This document shows positions 51,593 through 64,000 of a stretch of 64,000 bases of DNA, in pieces. Where the stretch lies: contig CM052816.1 of assembly GCA_028534125.1 (NCBI GenBank), positions 89,840,001-89,904,000 on the forward strand, in the 5' to 3' direction. The position numbers and the translations under genes were made by a program. Numbering within the stretch: position 1 is the stretch's first letter; every line of letters begins with the position of its first letter. The stretch comes from Lama glama (lineage: Eukaryota). The notes beneath the pieces were generated by a model that saw only the letters and a program-made list of their open reading frames with translations, was not told the DNA's origin and ran no database searches.

Positions 51593-54500
51593 TATTACAT
51601 GAAAATTATACTAAAATGGTATCATGTGATGGATTAATTGCATTAGTCAACACTTTCCATGCTGTGATGATTATGCAAAAGTAATTGATAATCTTCTATA
51701 TATTCATGAGTTATCTTCTGCCTAACTGAACAATCTTCATGTGTTAGACAGAAGACTAATAGCCATCTACTTAGCTCTTCAACCAAAGCAATAATTCTCT
51801 ATCTGTGGCAGGTCACCATTTCATCTGTTTAACTTCAAAAGGAATTATCCATACAAAAATATGATGTTTTGTTTTAATAGTGTAATGATGAAATCGGTAT
51901 ATTTTATGAAATTAATCACAAATAAAGTAGGTTGGCAAATCACGATCTTAAATTCTATTATCGTGTTTACCACACATGAGCTTTGATAAGTATGACTTAT
52001 GAGAAAAACATGTATCTCAATAAACAGCTATAAAATGTATATATGTATGATTTATTCTACTACATGTATAATCTAACTGTAGAGAAAAAGAGATACAAAT
52101 TAAAATAAAAAAATTCATCACATATAATGAATTTTTAAGAATCTCCTTCCATCTGGGTGTCTCTGAAAAGGAAGAATTTTAAATGTTATGAATGCTTTAA
52201 TAACATGATAGGAATACCCATATGGTTTATTCCCTTGTAATAAAAACACATTTTAGTCATCTCAAATTCTGTCTACTGCCAAAGTAAGAAGGATACTATA
52301 AATTCTTTAGAACAATGCTTTAGAGAATTACCTTTGCAAATATTTATCTGATTTCTGCAATGTGGAATTTCAGTTCGAGAATCTACCATTTCATCCTGCA
52401 TCTTGAAATTCACAGTTTGTTGTGAAAATCATGAGCTGCCTGATAAAAGAAGACTCTCTACACAGCACACTCCAGCCACACAGTTCTGAATTTTTATTTT
52501 TATTTAATTTTTCCTCATGAGAAAGTTCATTCTGAGAGAGACCAGTAATCATACTTCCCCAGATATCAAATTGGGGGGAAAACATGGAAACATTCTCAAA
52601 TTTTCTTACATTTTATTCCCCACAGTCTGGTTGGAAGTCTCATTGTTTGTCTGCACTAACAGCAGCCAACTACTGGACTTTGTTAGTAGGGCTGGGGACT
52701 GAGGGAATTATCTTCGTCGTCCTAAGCAAGTAGACACAAGTCTTGAGTTGAGGCTGTGAGTTACTCACTACCCATGCGTGCCCCTAATCCTATGCACTTT
52801 TGGCTTGTTTCCCCCAAACCAACTCTTTTTTAGGAAACATGTCATGTACGCTTATATATGACTATAACTCCGCAAAAGTTCATCTCAAGGCCCCACAATC
52901 TGCCAATCTGCCATTGGAACTTTTCATATTCCAAAAAAAGTCATCGTGTTAAGAAGTGTTGCTTTCTTACACAGACGGAGAGAAGCTGCCTTACTCTCAC
53001 CTAGTTACTGAAGCACGCTCTAGCAGAACCCGACTGGAATCGTAAGCAGAGAGGTCTGAATGTAGACAACCTGCGCCTGAAATTCATCAGACCTGTCTCT
53101 TCCCATGTAAGGAATGCATTTGTGCAACTCACCCTGTCTAAGGCTAATGCTGACCCAATGATATAGTCTTCTGAGACTTCTATCTACAGTTAGAGATGCT
53201 ATATTTCCCCAACCTATTTTTCACTGGGTGTGGTTTGAGAAAGAAAAAAAAAATCAAACTAGAGTAAGAATTAACCTTGCACATATCTCAAAAGTGAATA
53301 TAACAGAAAATAATTTTTCTGATTCCTTATCAGACAGGTACACCTTTTGGTCTATAAAATACACCAAATATCTTTGAGATGATTAAAGATTGTATCTAAC
53401 ACTTTCAATCTTAGTTTTTATAATATGCATTTACAGCATCATAATATGTATTTCTAATCTGAAATTACATTAGTTTTCTATTCAGTCTGTCCTCAAATGC
53501 CATCAAGGCATCAAGCAGACACATGTGCATATAACAGACTAGTCACTGAGTACCCAGCTCGTGTTCTCTTAACCTAGAGACCCTGTTCTCTCAAGACATA
53601 TGATTATGGAGTGGAATCCCCCAAATCAGTCAAAGAAATGAATGTTTATGAGATTTCTCAGCTACTACCAGTTAATCATTCTTCATTTTTCTACACTGAT
53701 CATCCCAAAAGGCACAGGGATTTCATAGGGTACTTATGGCTGAGTCATAAGTATTGGAAAACACAGAAACATTCTTTAAGGAAATTTTTCTAGCTCCCCA
53801 CAGGCAACTTTTCAGGTCACATGCACAAAATTATCAGAGGTTTTCTTTTAAACAGCTATCTCAGTTCGATCCCATTGGATATCATCAAAAGTAACTTCTA
53901 CAGAGTTGATGTTGTAAGATGTCAATTTTACCTTAATTAATAGGAGAGTTTTCCTTCCTTATATTTGTATTCAGAATTATACCCTAAATACCTGGCAAAA
54001 GAGTAAGCTGGAAGTAGAAAATACGACATAAATATTATTTTTAAAAATTCTATTCAATTTGTTAAAATGGAGGCTTAATAGAGGGATTATAAAAAGAAGT
54101 CATCTTGCCTGACCTAGCATAAGTTACTGACCGTCTCCACTGAATTAAAAAAAAAAAAACTACAGAGAATATACTCATGTAACAGGCAGGGCGAAAGGAT
54201 TATCAGGAGTAAGTCTGGTATCTATCCATCTCTAGCCTGTCTCCTCTCTTTATCTATATATTTCAGTCATGTTTCTAATAGGCCAGTTTATGTCCTCTTT
54301 TAGGGGTATTTCTGAATTAAAGGAGGACTAGGGAAAGAACATGATCACTGATAGCTGCTGTCACTCTTACGCATGGTCCATGGTCGACTTTTACGAGATC
54401 AATTATTAATTTCAGTATTTGGTTAGTTGTATTAGACCATGCAAAATTTGCATAATTATACACCTGTGCTCCTAAAAACACACACATATACACTAGTGTG

Positions 54501-54869
54501 GAATATTGAGTTACATCCAATTATGTCATCAGCAGAGAGCTTTCTTAGCCAAGGACATTGATTCTGATCATTTTTTCCTATGGAATTTTTCTGACGTGAC
54601 TTCCTCAAAGGGAATAATGTTGGGTGAACATTTCTGACTTTACAGCATTTCTCTTCCTGGCTCCTCCACAAGGTGTGAGAAATTATTTTTGATTGGTGGC
54701 TTAGAGGAGAACAGTTGAATATTCTCTAATCAATATTTTTACTCACTCTTCCTGAGAAGCAAGAAGAAGGAGGAGGAGGAAAAAAGAAAGAAGAGAGAGA
54801 GAAGCAAGAGGCGGGGAAGTAGGATGAGGAGGAGGAGAGGAGGAACAGACACAACACATAACACATACA

Positions 54870-55090
54870 AGTCATCAGCCACTGTACAAACGCCTTCCAA
54901 TATTATCTCATTTAATGCACATAATAGTCCTCAGAGCTAAGGACCAGTATTATTCCCATCTGTAGATACAGAAACTCAGGCACTAAAGGATACAGTGCTT
55001 ATCCAACTAAAAGTGATAAAGCTAGATGTTTGCCCATCTAGACTGACTCTTGAATTAGATTTAACTTTTAATAATTCCTTTGATTATCAC
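54870..55090 (-). mobile_element. MIR SINE
   Basis: attatctcatttaatgcacataatagtcctcagag...attattcccatctgtagatacagaaactcaggcac. Confidence 0.8.
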
Positions 55091-55229
55091 TGTTTCTTGG
55101 ATTTCACATTTTCATTCCTTATTTCCTGTGTTTTTTTTCTGAATAAATATATGCAGACAATTTTCAGATGTGTTTATAGTTGTTAAACTTCTCACATAAC
55201 TTATGTTAAATTTTTTTTATTTTTTGTTA

Positions 55230-56180
55230 CACTTTACTCTTAGAAGTCATTCAGATATGAGACTTTTTTGCACTCTTACAGATTCTAGTGCTCATACAGC
55301 TCCTAGAAATAAATTCTGCAGAATCTTATTGCAACTCTAATTCCTTCTACTCTATAAACAATTTGACATTTTTCTTTTGAGACTTTTCATCATTTTCACT
55401 GTAATTTTTTTGACTTTTTATATCATTAATGTGTAACTGGGGAGGGGTGTGTTCTTTCTCTCATTAGTCCTATTTGGTATGAGATGGGCTCTTTTAAGCA
55501 GAATAGTCACATCTTCAGCTCAATGAAACTTATTTTTATTATGAATTTGATTTTGCTCTTTCATCTGAACTGGCAAATCTCTCTTTACGGGGCCTGTTGA
55601 CTTTATCTCTTAACTTTCTCAATACCCCAAAACATTACCCAAATATCACCTTTGTTACCTTTTTGACACCTACCTCATTGCCTTTTTTAAAATAAAAACT
55701 GCCCTCATAGATATTTGTTGGATGTATGAAAAGACATTGAAACCTTTCCATCGCCCCTCTTTGAGACCACTTGCCTCTCGTTTTTCCTTTGCGTTATGTT
55801 CCAAGTTGATCTCATCACTTTGGCCTTTAGTTCACTGCTGCAGTCATCAGGGACAACTCTTCCGCAAACATTTTCTGTGATTACTTGTTTCACGATTAAA
55901 TATTCAAAATTACCTTGTTAGATTCCTAGAATTCTGACTATTTCTCATGACCACTTTTTATTAGTTATAAACGTGATACGCTTTCAAATTTCTTTGTTCA
56001 TATGAATTATAATCACTCTTAAATGTGCTTCTGTTTTGCATATCACCTCTTTATTTCTCTGGATTGTTTTATCTTCTTGGAGTGTTTTTGTTTTGTTTTG
56101 TTTTGTTTTTGTCCTTTACCACATTCAAGTATTTCTTTAGTATTTGTTCATTGTGGTTAACTGTCTATATTCAGTGATAG
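55230..56180 (-). mobile_element. Ancient L1 ORF1 or HAL1-like fragment
   Basis: T-rich antisense L1-like text (gatgggctcttttaagcagaatagtcacatcttcagctcaatgaaactt). Confidence 0.45.
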
Positions 56181-56771
56181 GAAGTAGATGAACAAAGTTA
56201 GAAACCATGAAAAATGTTTACAGCCCCCCGAGGAGTCAGGTTTGACAGTGAATATGGATTCTGCTGACAGCGTGCCTAATGGAAGGAAGTGTAGCCAGGT
56301 AGAGTGTGCAAATTGCTACTTTCTACTTCAAGGTGTCCCTGCTCCCTAGGTGACTATGAGAAACCTTCAATACTAATCCATTCTCTAGTGCCAACATTGT
56401 TCAACATTTAATAGGCATTTAGTAGATGTTCCATAAATAGCTATTGCATTCATTATTCATGCATTGTCTCCCAAATATGAGTTGTCCAGGCACACAGCTC
56501 CTGACAGAACACCTTCCTGGCCCTACGGTACTACGGAACATCGTCGGGTTCTGGGAACTGATGTTTCTGTAGAGTCATCATTTCATGGATGACAAACACA
56601 TGCTTTCTTCCCCTTTTGTATTCAGAACCAACTTGAAAGACGAGTCACAGAAATCAGAATGTTAGAGAAAACTGTCAACTGTGCAGTTGATGGAGGCTGG
56701 ATTGGAGTGTTTTGCTGAAACAGGCAGGCACAATGGGTTTTCTGTTCTTCATCCAGAAATAGCTTACTCAC

Positions 56772-56848
56772 CGGGTCATAGAAAAAGCTAGGGATTCACA
56801 GACCTCTTCTTGAGGAGTAAATACTGCTCACGTGACCATCTCACAGGG
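56772..56848 (-). ncRNA. Candidate non-coding or UTR exon (77 nt)
   Basis: Long polypyrimidine acceptor gttttgctttgttttgctttttctgtttgcag| and consensus donor CCG|gtgagt; stops in all frames. Confidence 0.35.
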
Positions 56849-59727
56849 CTGCAAACAGAAAAAGCAAAACAAAGCAAAACGTTTTCTCTGCAGGCGGAAA
56901 GATTTAAAGGCATGTCGGTAGCACCAGGCTGAGCGTGTTTTCATTCTTTCTCTGGAGCTCACTGATGAGACAAAGTGACTTTTCCTCCTTTGGTGATTGT
57001 GAGCAAAGCAGAGACACGTGAAGAAAAGTCAGAATGTCCTTGCCTGCTGGGCACTTTGCACTTGACCACTGCCAGGTCGTCCATCTAGAACCCAGGACCA
57101 ATCATCTAACAAGTTAGGCTTTGGCCCCTATTTTCTATTGTCATTAAATTCGTCCTACTTCCCATATAACATACATTAATCCAGGGCTTATCAGACCAAA
57201 GTTAGTAAATCTTTATCTTTTTTCCTTTTTAATCACTTCCTACCATGCACTCTACGTCCTAAACTCAGTCTCATGTAACTTTACTTACATTTTGTGATCT
57301 GCTTCTTTTTGTGTCCTCTGGATGAGAAGCTCACTGACTTCCATCACTTTTGTTGTGAGATAATTACTGGCTGAGTGCTACTGAGAAGATTCTCCTCCTA
57401 AGAAAAAAAGACATCTTTTTTAAGAGTTGTAAGATGCTCAGAGAGTTTAATTGTTCATTCCTGGAGGAGTGCCAGACCCCACGCCTCTCATCTTATGGGG
57501 AATTATGACATGTATTAGACTAGCAATGGTTTTAAGAGATCCTACAGTGAAGAAACCAATTCAATATTGCTTCCTCTAGAAGTTTCCAAATATTTTTCAC
57601 AGTGGGAGATTGTGTGTGTTTGTTTATTTGTTTGTTTCCCCGTCAAACATGATCATGTCCTACCTCAGGGATTTGGCTCTGACTGCCGTCCTGGCTCCAT
57701 TCTTCATTGTCACCATTAACAATTTATTCTTATTTTTATTTTAATTTAGCAACTTTTCTCACTACTCTGTAAATTCTACAAGGACAGAGCATTATCTATT
57801 GAGGTTTTGGTTTTATTACCAATATTTAGAAAGTTGTTTTTCCATAGCAAACATTGACACAAAAGAATCAGTCTTAAAGAATGAGTGTTTCATGACATGT
57901 TCTTTACCTAATGTTTCTCTGTCTTCTTTACTTTTAAACTTTAAACATAGTGCTATATTATATCTAATCAAGAGTACTTAACACCAGATTTCAGTACCAC
58001 CCAAAGCTATGTTATAGAGAAATATCTATTTGCTATTTTATTTTCTGTGCCGCCTTTTTTGCTAATACAGACAGATATCCTGTGTCCATTTAATAAACTC
58101 TAGTTATGATAAGTCAGAAGCTTCCTATTACAAACTGTATGCTAGGAAAAATTATTTAAAATGTTTTCTGGCCAAATTTTCTTATTGGTAATATTTCAAA
58201 ATTAAAAGGAACTGTTTTTGTTTTTTGATCTTTTTTTTCTTTTTTTACCTTTCTTCTTTCCCAGTACCATTTTAGAAAGTTCTAGCAGAAACAGCAACCA
58301 TTCTATTACATGAATCTTGCCAAATTCTCATCCAGTCTGAAAAAAAAAAAATTTTCCAAGTCAGATTAAGTTGCATTTTTAATATATTGGATGGGAGTCT
58401 TTAAACCAGGGATGCAATAACTGGGCCACCTGGACATGTTGTAAGGTCTGACTCTACTCAAAATGCTGTCCTCTCTTCGTTTGCTCCTACAAGTAATAGA
58501 TGCCAGACAGTTAAATGGCTTTCAGATGAGCAATCAACAGGCCCTCTTTCCTATAAAATATCTCACTTTATATCTGAGCACAACCAGCTCTCCTGAACTG
58601 TAGTAACCAGTGCTCGTTCCTCTTGGTTAAGACTCTGGTATTGTTCTATAATATTATAGTTTCTGATGGAGTTTATCCAGAAAATGTCATATTCACCGTA
58701 ATCATCAAAGTTTGCTTTTCATTTCTACCTAGGAGAATTGCAAATCTTGCAAGGTTTTCCTCTCCATGTATTTAATGATGACTCCTTTGATGATTTTGTT
58801 TTTCGCACAAGCATGGAAATAAAGCTATTTTGTAGAAGATTGTCAGAGTAAATGCCGCTATTTTTAAGGTGGTTAACAAGCCTCTTTCTTCCAGCATTTC
58901 CTGCAGTGTTTTTTTTTTTTGCATGTATACATGTTCGTTATGTTTTTGTCCATTATAAATTCCAAGTCATAGCAGGAGGGCAATTTGGACATAGACGAAA
59001 AATATGTTTGGTGCTTTGATTTGCTTCACAGAACTTTGTTTTACATCATTTGCATAGGTTTTGTTTCATTGTGCAAAATATTCTTCCATTATAAATCTTG
59101 TCCAATTTACAAAAATAAATAGAAAAGAAAGAAAGAATGAAACATTTTCTTCTACTCAGAATAGAAAGTTTGGTGGCTTTCATTTACCTCCTTACTAGAA
59201 GTTCCATTTTGTAAAACTTATTTTACTGAGAAAGTTTGTGTACTCTGAGTGAATACAAATCTGTTCAATTTTAAAGTAAAGTATTAAACTTGTATATATT
59301 ATTTGCAAGACACTTTCTCATAATTAGTTTTATGTGAGAGAATTTTTGCAGGAGTAAAGTTTAGTAACAGAGTATCTCTTCCAATTACTCTCTCACATAT
59401 CTGCCTCTGAAATGCCTTTAGAGTATTCATTTGAGAAATATGCTTTGATGTGCATTTGTACAAGAGCTCTTTTCTGTCTTTTATCTGATTTTTGTTAACA
59501 ACACTCTTAATAAATGCTCTGATCCTTGAGATCATATATTACAGCCTTTCCTGTGTAATGTGTATAATTCATTCCTGTTTTATATTGTGTGATGGAAGGA
59601 AAAGATGAGAGAGTTCGTGTGAATTGGAGAGCTGCACTTCATATGATTTGTGAGAAAGTAGCTCTGCATAATGGAGAAAATCTACAATACATTCATAGAG
59701 ATAACAAATTCTAAACCATAATGCACA

Positions 59728-60116
59728 CTGTGTTTCTGCGCAGGCTGCCATGACAAAATACCATAGACTGGGTGTCTTAACCAGCAGGATTTCATTTCTC
59801 ACACTTGTGACGGCTGAGAAGTAGAGGATCAAGGTGCTGGCAAGGTACCTTTTATTCTTAAGCCTCTTCTCTTGATCTGTAGGCAGGTACCAGTTTGCTC
59901 TGTGATCACAAGGCCTCTTCTTCACATGACAGCATCCTTATAGAGACATATTTCCTCTCATAAAGACACTAATTTCATGATACCAGGGCCCTAACCTCAT
60001 GACCTCATTTAACCCAAAGTACTTTCAAAGGCCCCATCTCCAAATACTATCACACTGGAGGCAGAGGCTTCAACATACACATATTTGAGGGATACAGACA
60101 TTCAGTCCAAAATACA
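59728..60116 (-). mobile_element. MLT1A/MLT1A0 MaLR LTR
   Basis: ggctgccatgacaaaataccatagactgggtgtcttaa...ctcatgacctcatttaac...aaaggccccatctccaaatac...cattcagtcca. Confidence 0.9.
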
Positions 60117-60196
60117 CAACAGCAACATTTTCATAGTATATTAAGTGAAAACTTAAGACTTTTATTTCCTATAAGTTATAATTTTGGTGAAATGTA

Positions 60197-60635
60197 TGTG
60201 TCAGCTGGATGCTTTGGGAAACAGATATAAAAATGGAGTTAAAAGTCCAGACAGTTTATTAGGGGAGAACCTCAATGAGTGATAAAAGAAGGAAGGAGAA
60301 ATGGGCAAGGAAATTCTTCAAACAAATATGCATATCTGACACATGAGAAAAGGTGAAGTAAGAAAGATTAGGCAGATAGGATATTGGACTGCAACCCACG
60401 TCCAGCACAGTCATTCCAGTGGGGAAGTCTGGAGGGAAAATGTCCAGCGCATCGGACAGAAATAGCCTGCTTGTGGTGTACTTCCCATTATCATTTATTG
60501 GCTCAGGCTTTCTGAAAAGAGTGTGACCTCTTTTCAAAGCTAAGGAAGATCCTGAAGACACTGAGGCTGGAGGCTGTCAGTTAACTGAACCACTTTGACG
60601 AAGACCCGAGTGGTGCATCTCCACGGTTACCACAG
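60197..60635 (-). mobile_element. LTR16-like ERVL LTR (3' LTR of the adjacent internal segment)
   Basis: tgtgtcag...gtttattagggg...ggaggctgtcagttaactg...ends accaca, directly adjoining ERVL internal sequence. Confidence 0.75.
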
Positions 60636-61255
60636 TCTCACCCTATTGCCACGTAGACGAACTTCTACAAACATGCTGAAGGAACACTTCCCCCAGAGTT
60701 CCAGTGGGCTTTTTCTTTTGATGAAAATATAGAAGAGGGAGATGAATAGGACAAATTCAGCTCCCATTGCTGCAGCTGTTCTTGGTTTCACACTGGTACT
60801 CATCACCCAGTATCCCGTCTAAGTCTGTCGGCCGCAGCCAGCACCTCTGCTGGGTCGACTGGCTTACTTGGTGGTAAGATCCAAACTCTCCTTCCTGAAG
60901 GAGCAGAGCCGCTGACGAACATACCTTTCTTGGGCTCCTTTTGCCACACTTGTCCATTCACAGCCCTAATTGGTAAACGGAATAGCAAGAAGCTCCTGAG
61001 GGGCTGACCTGAGCCCCAGACATTTCCTTCCTGCCCTCAATGAATAACAGAAGCTATACTTTCTCCAGCTGATCAGGGTCAGTCACCCCGACCAAGACGG
61101 GCTCCTCCTCTTGCCTGGTTCCTTGGACACAATGAGGACAACGTGCCCAATTGGCTGCACTAGTTTGTAGTCCAGTGTGAACCTTACTATGTCATCTGAC
61201 AATGGTGCATGACCCTTAGGGACCAAATCTTCTAACCCTGAAGAGCCCACTCCTG
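60636..61255 (-). pseudogene. ERVL (ERV3-16A3-like) internal remnant: dUTPase and integrase C-terminal region
   Basis: Minus translation GSSGLEDLVPKGHAPLSDDIVRFTLDYKLVQPIGHVVL...GVTDPD..., then VNGQVWQKEPKKGMFVSGSAPSGRRVWILPPSKPVDPAEVLA; frameshifted. Confidence 0.85.
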
Positions 61256-61489
61256 CTACCAACCATTAGTTACCAAATTTCAATGTGCATATCCACTGTA
61301 CTCTGTAGAAATTCAATAATGGATAAGGCATGTAAATATGGGCAGAATTTATGGCTGCTAAAATCTCTACTCAGGAAAAGATACATTCTCTAACATGTTT
61401 TGATTTCACTGCATCTTTTATTTTAGTCATTTAACTTACTTATTAAATACCTTAGTCACTAAGTTCTACATTTAATATATAAAATTGAA

Positions 61490-61690
61490 TAAAAAACACC
61501 CTCAGAGTTCTCTAACAGGAGACATAAGCAGCAATACAATAATAGTAGGGGACTTTAATATCCACTTTCATCAATGGACAGATCAACCTGACAGAAAATC
61601 AATAAGGAAAGATTGCCTTAAATGACATGTTAGATCAGATGGACTTAACAGACATACTCTTCTTTCAAAGAATCAGCAGATATGTAAGCT
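61490..61690 (+). mobile_element. L1 ORF2 endonuclease fragment
   Basis: acaataatagtaggggactttaat (TIIVGDFN)...atggacagatca...cagaaaatcaataagga...gatcagatggacttaacagacata. Confidence 0.88.
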
Positions 61691-61835
61691 AACAATGATC
61701 ATACAAGGTTGCTCAATGACCAATAAAAGAGGAATGAGTTCCACAGGAAAAAGATGCAGAGGTGAGATTTAGAGATAAATTGGCTAGTCTGTATAGGAGC
61801 TAAAAGAATTGTAGAACTGAGTATGCTTGGGAAAA

Positions 61836-62335
61836 NNNNNNNNNNNNNNNNNNNNNNNNNNNNNNNNNNNNNNNNNNNNNNNNNNNNNNNNNNNNNNNNN
61901 NNNNNNNNNNNNNNNNNNNNNNNNNNNNNNNNNNNNNNNNNNNNNNNNNNNNNNNNNNNNNNNNNNNNNNNNNNNNNNNNNNNNNNNNNNNNNNNNNNNN
62001 NNNNNNNNNNNNNNNNNNNNNNNNNNNNNNNNNNNNNNNNNNNNNNNNNNNNNNNNNNNNNNNNNNNNNNNNNNNNNNNNNNNNNNNNNNNNNNNNNNNN
62101 NNNNNNNNNNNNNNNNNNNNNNNNNNNNNNNNNNNNNNNNNNNNNNNNNNNNNNNNNNNNNNNNNNNNNNNNNNNNNNNNNNNNNNNNNNNNNNNNNNNN
62201 NNNNNNNNNNNNNNNNNNNNNNNNNNNNNNNNNNNNNNNNNNNNNNNNNNNNNNNNNNNNNNNNNNNNNNNNNNNNNNNNNNNNNNNNNNNNNNNNNNNN
62301 NNNNNNNNNNNNNNNNNNNNNNNNNNNNNNNNNNN
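61836..62335. other. Assembly gap (500 N)
   Basis: Run of exactly 500 N. Confidence 1.
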
Positions 62336-62907
62336 TCTACCCCGAACTAGATTCTTGATAAAAATCCATATTGCTGACAATTTTTTTTTACAAATATGTT
62401 CTGAAAGCCAAAAATGAGCTGGCAAAATAACAAAAGTTGTGACTCTAGCCTACATAAAGTTAATTCAGATTCAAAAATATAGCACTTAAAAGTGTAATTC
62501 ACAAACTTAGATTTAAAAGAAAGTACAACATGTGGTTGATCGGTAAAAGAAAGTTTGAACTATAAGATCTTTCTTTATAATTCAAATAATGAGAACACTT
62601 TAGACAATGAAAATCAATAAGCTTTCAATGATTTTGAACAACTTAGACCTCTGGGCAACCTAACAGATCTGTTGAAGTTTATAAAATATGAATTTTCTAA
62701 TGATCTACATCAAGATTATTTTGGTCAAAATGCATGAGCACCATTATTGTGAAACTAATGATAGAGCATTTGGATTACTTTTTGATGTTTATTAAAGGAA
62801 GATTGAATGTAATTAATCTCTTTGTTATATTGTTTCATATGGACATAAAAGTTTTATTCTCTTTTCTACATATATAGGGATAAAAAGTCTCATCAAAGAA
62901 CTACATG

Positions 62908-63550
62908 TGTTACCAAATTATACTTGGATACCCTTGTCTGAGGCATAGCAAATTTGATCTACTGACACCTAGTTGTAGTGAGGGAAAGTACAGCCTTTAT
63001 TGCAGGGCTAAGCAAGGAGAATAGGCACCTCTGCTCTAAAGACCCAAGTTCCCCAAAGGCTTTTGGAGAAGGGTTCCTAGATGCAACATTAGGGTTGATG
63101 GCTGTACGGTTCCTGATAAGTTTCTGCGCAGTCTTCTGATTGGTTAGTGGTGAGGTAACAGGGTAGTATTTTGGGAGTCAAGGTTGTCAACCTACTAGTT
63201 CCAACTGGTTTGGGGTCTAAGTACTCCTGGTCAGCATGCAGTTAACTTCCTCCACCTGGTAGAAGTTTTAGTATCTGCAAAACAGCTGAAGGATGTTACC
63301 TATAGCCCTTGAGGAGGAACTAAATGTCCTTGACCTTAATCATATGACTCAACTAATATTATTATTTTTTTTTTGCTTGACTCTTTTCCTTTGCTTCTGC
63401 ATTTTCTCACTTCTCAGATTAAATCTGTCCTTTGGAAGTCAGGAAAGCCTAGGAATCTAAAGCATTTTTTTATAAACAAAAGGCAGGGGATGCAGAGACA
63501 TGGGGGGAGATCTATCTCCAGGAAGGCCCCACAGGGTGCTTGGTTTTGCA
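62908..63550 (-). mobile_element. ERV1-class LTR
   Basis: tgttacc start; tttatt near 62996; ctgattggttagtggtgaggtaacagg; ends ttttgca; no clean TSD. Confidence 0.8.
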
Positions 63551-63809
63551 TATATGAACTTGGTAGTGCTAATTCTTAAGGAGTATAATTTATTCTCTCC
63601 CACTGATTTCTATCAATATCTTGATGATAAATCAAGAATATGCTTATAACACATGGACACACATCACACACATATATGGAAATTGTATATATATTGGTTT
63701 AACATTGACCAAAAAACTATTGTACATAAACCTCCTCTACTCATCAGAGAATTATTGTTCTTTGCTTTGACATGTGTTAACTCCAAGGGAGAATTTTTTT
63801 TTTTTTAAG

Positions 63810-64000
63810 TGTTACCCTAAATACACCTAGGAGGCAATAATAAGGTAGAAAACATTTATTTGGGAATCCAAGAATTGCAATTCAGGACACACAGATTTTG
63901 AAAGCAACCCAAACAGTATCTCAATAAGGAGTAAAAACCAATGGCTTTTAAAAACAAAGAAGGGAGATTTGCATTACAAAGAATTAGAATTGGAATTGGA
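63810..64000 (-). mobile_element. ERV1-class LTR, cut by the window edge
   Basis: tgttacc...catttatttggg...gaattgcaattcaggacacacaga. Confidence 0.6.

Noticed and set aside
54755..54845. Purine-rich tract
   Set aside because: Ordinary GA-rich low-complexity sequence at the tail of a MIR.
59569..59925. 118-aa minus-strand ORF
   Set aside because: The N-terminal half is MLT1A sequence; no protein family recognised.
61784..62425. Long ORFs (213, 196 and 175 aa)
   Set aside because: Artefacts of the second N gap.

Overview
AT-rich, CpG-depleted mammalian genomic DNA, most likely from a camelid, judged from two tRNA-derived SINEs of Vic-1-like type and L1 3' ends of camelid type. I found no protein-coding gene. 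The supplied ORFs are chance ORFs, N-gap artefacts or decayed transposon frames. A large share of the window is interspersed repeat: old L1M, L2 and MIR copies, hAT/Tigger DNA transposons, MaLR/ERVL/ERV1/ERV2 LTRs (some nested, with target-site duplications), an ERVL dUTPase/integrase remnant and a Charlie transposase remnant. There are two 500-N scaffold gaps. The most interesting non-repeat signals are two small CpG-retaining, promoter-like elements about 3 kb apart (31.6-31.85 kb with MYB/RFX/CRE motifs; 34.7-34.85 kb with CCAAT/ETS motifs), candidate non-coding exons and microexons on both strands, and a ~200 bp dispersed duplication with a 38-bp identical core. An ERV LTR that ends in a poly(A) tail looks L1-retroposed. 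Repeat subfamily names come from recalled consensus sequences, not a database search, and coordinates of old repeats are approximate. Nothing here demonstrates a new biological system; the leads are hypotheses.
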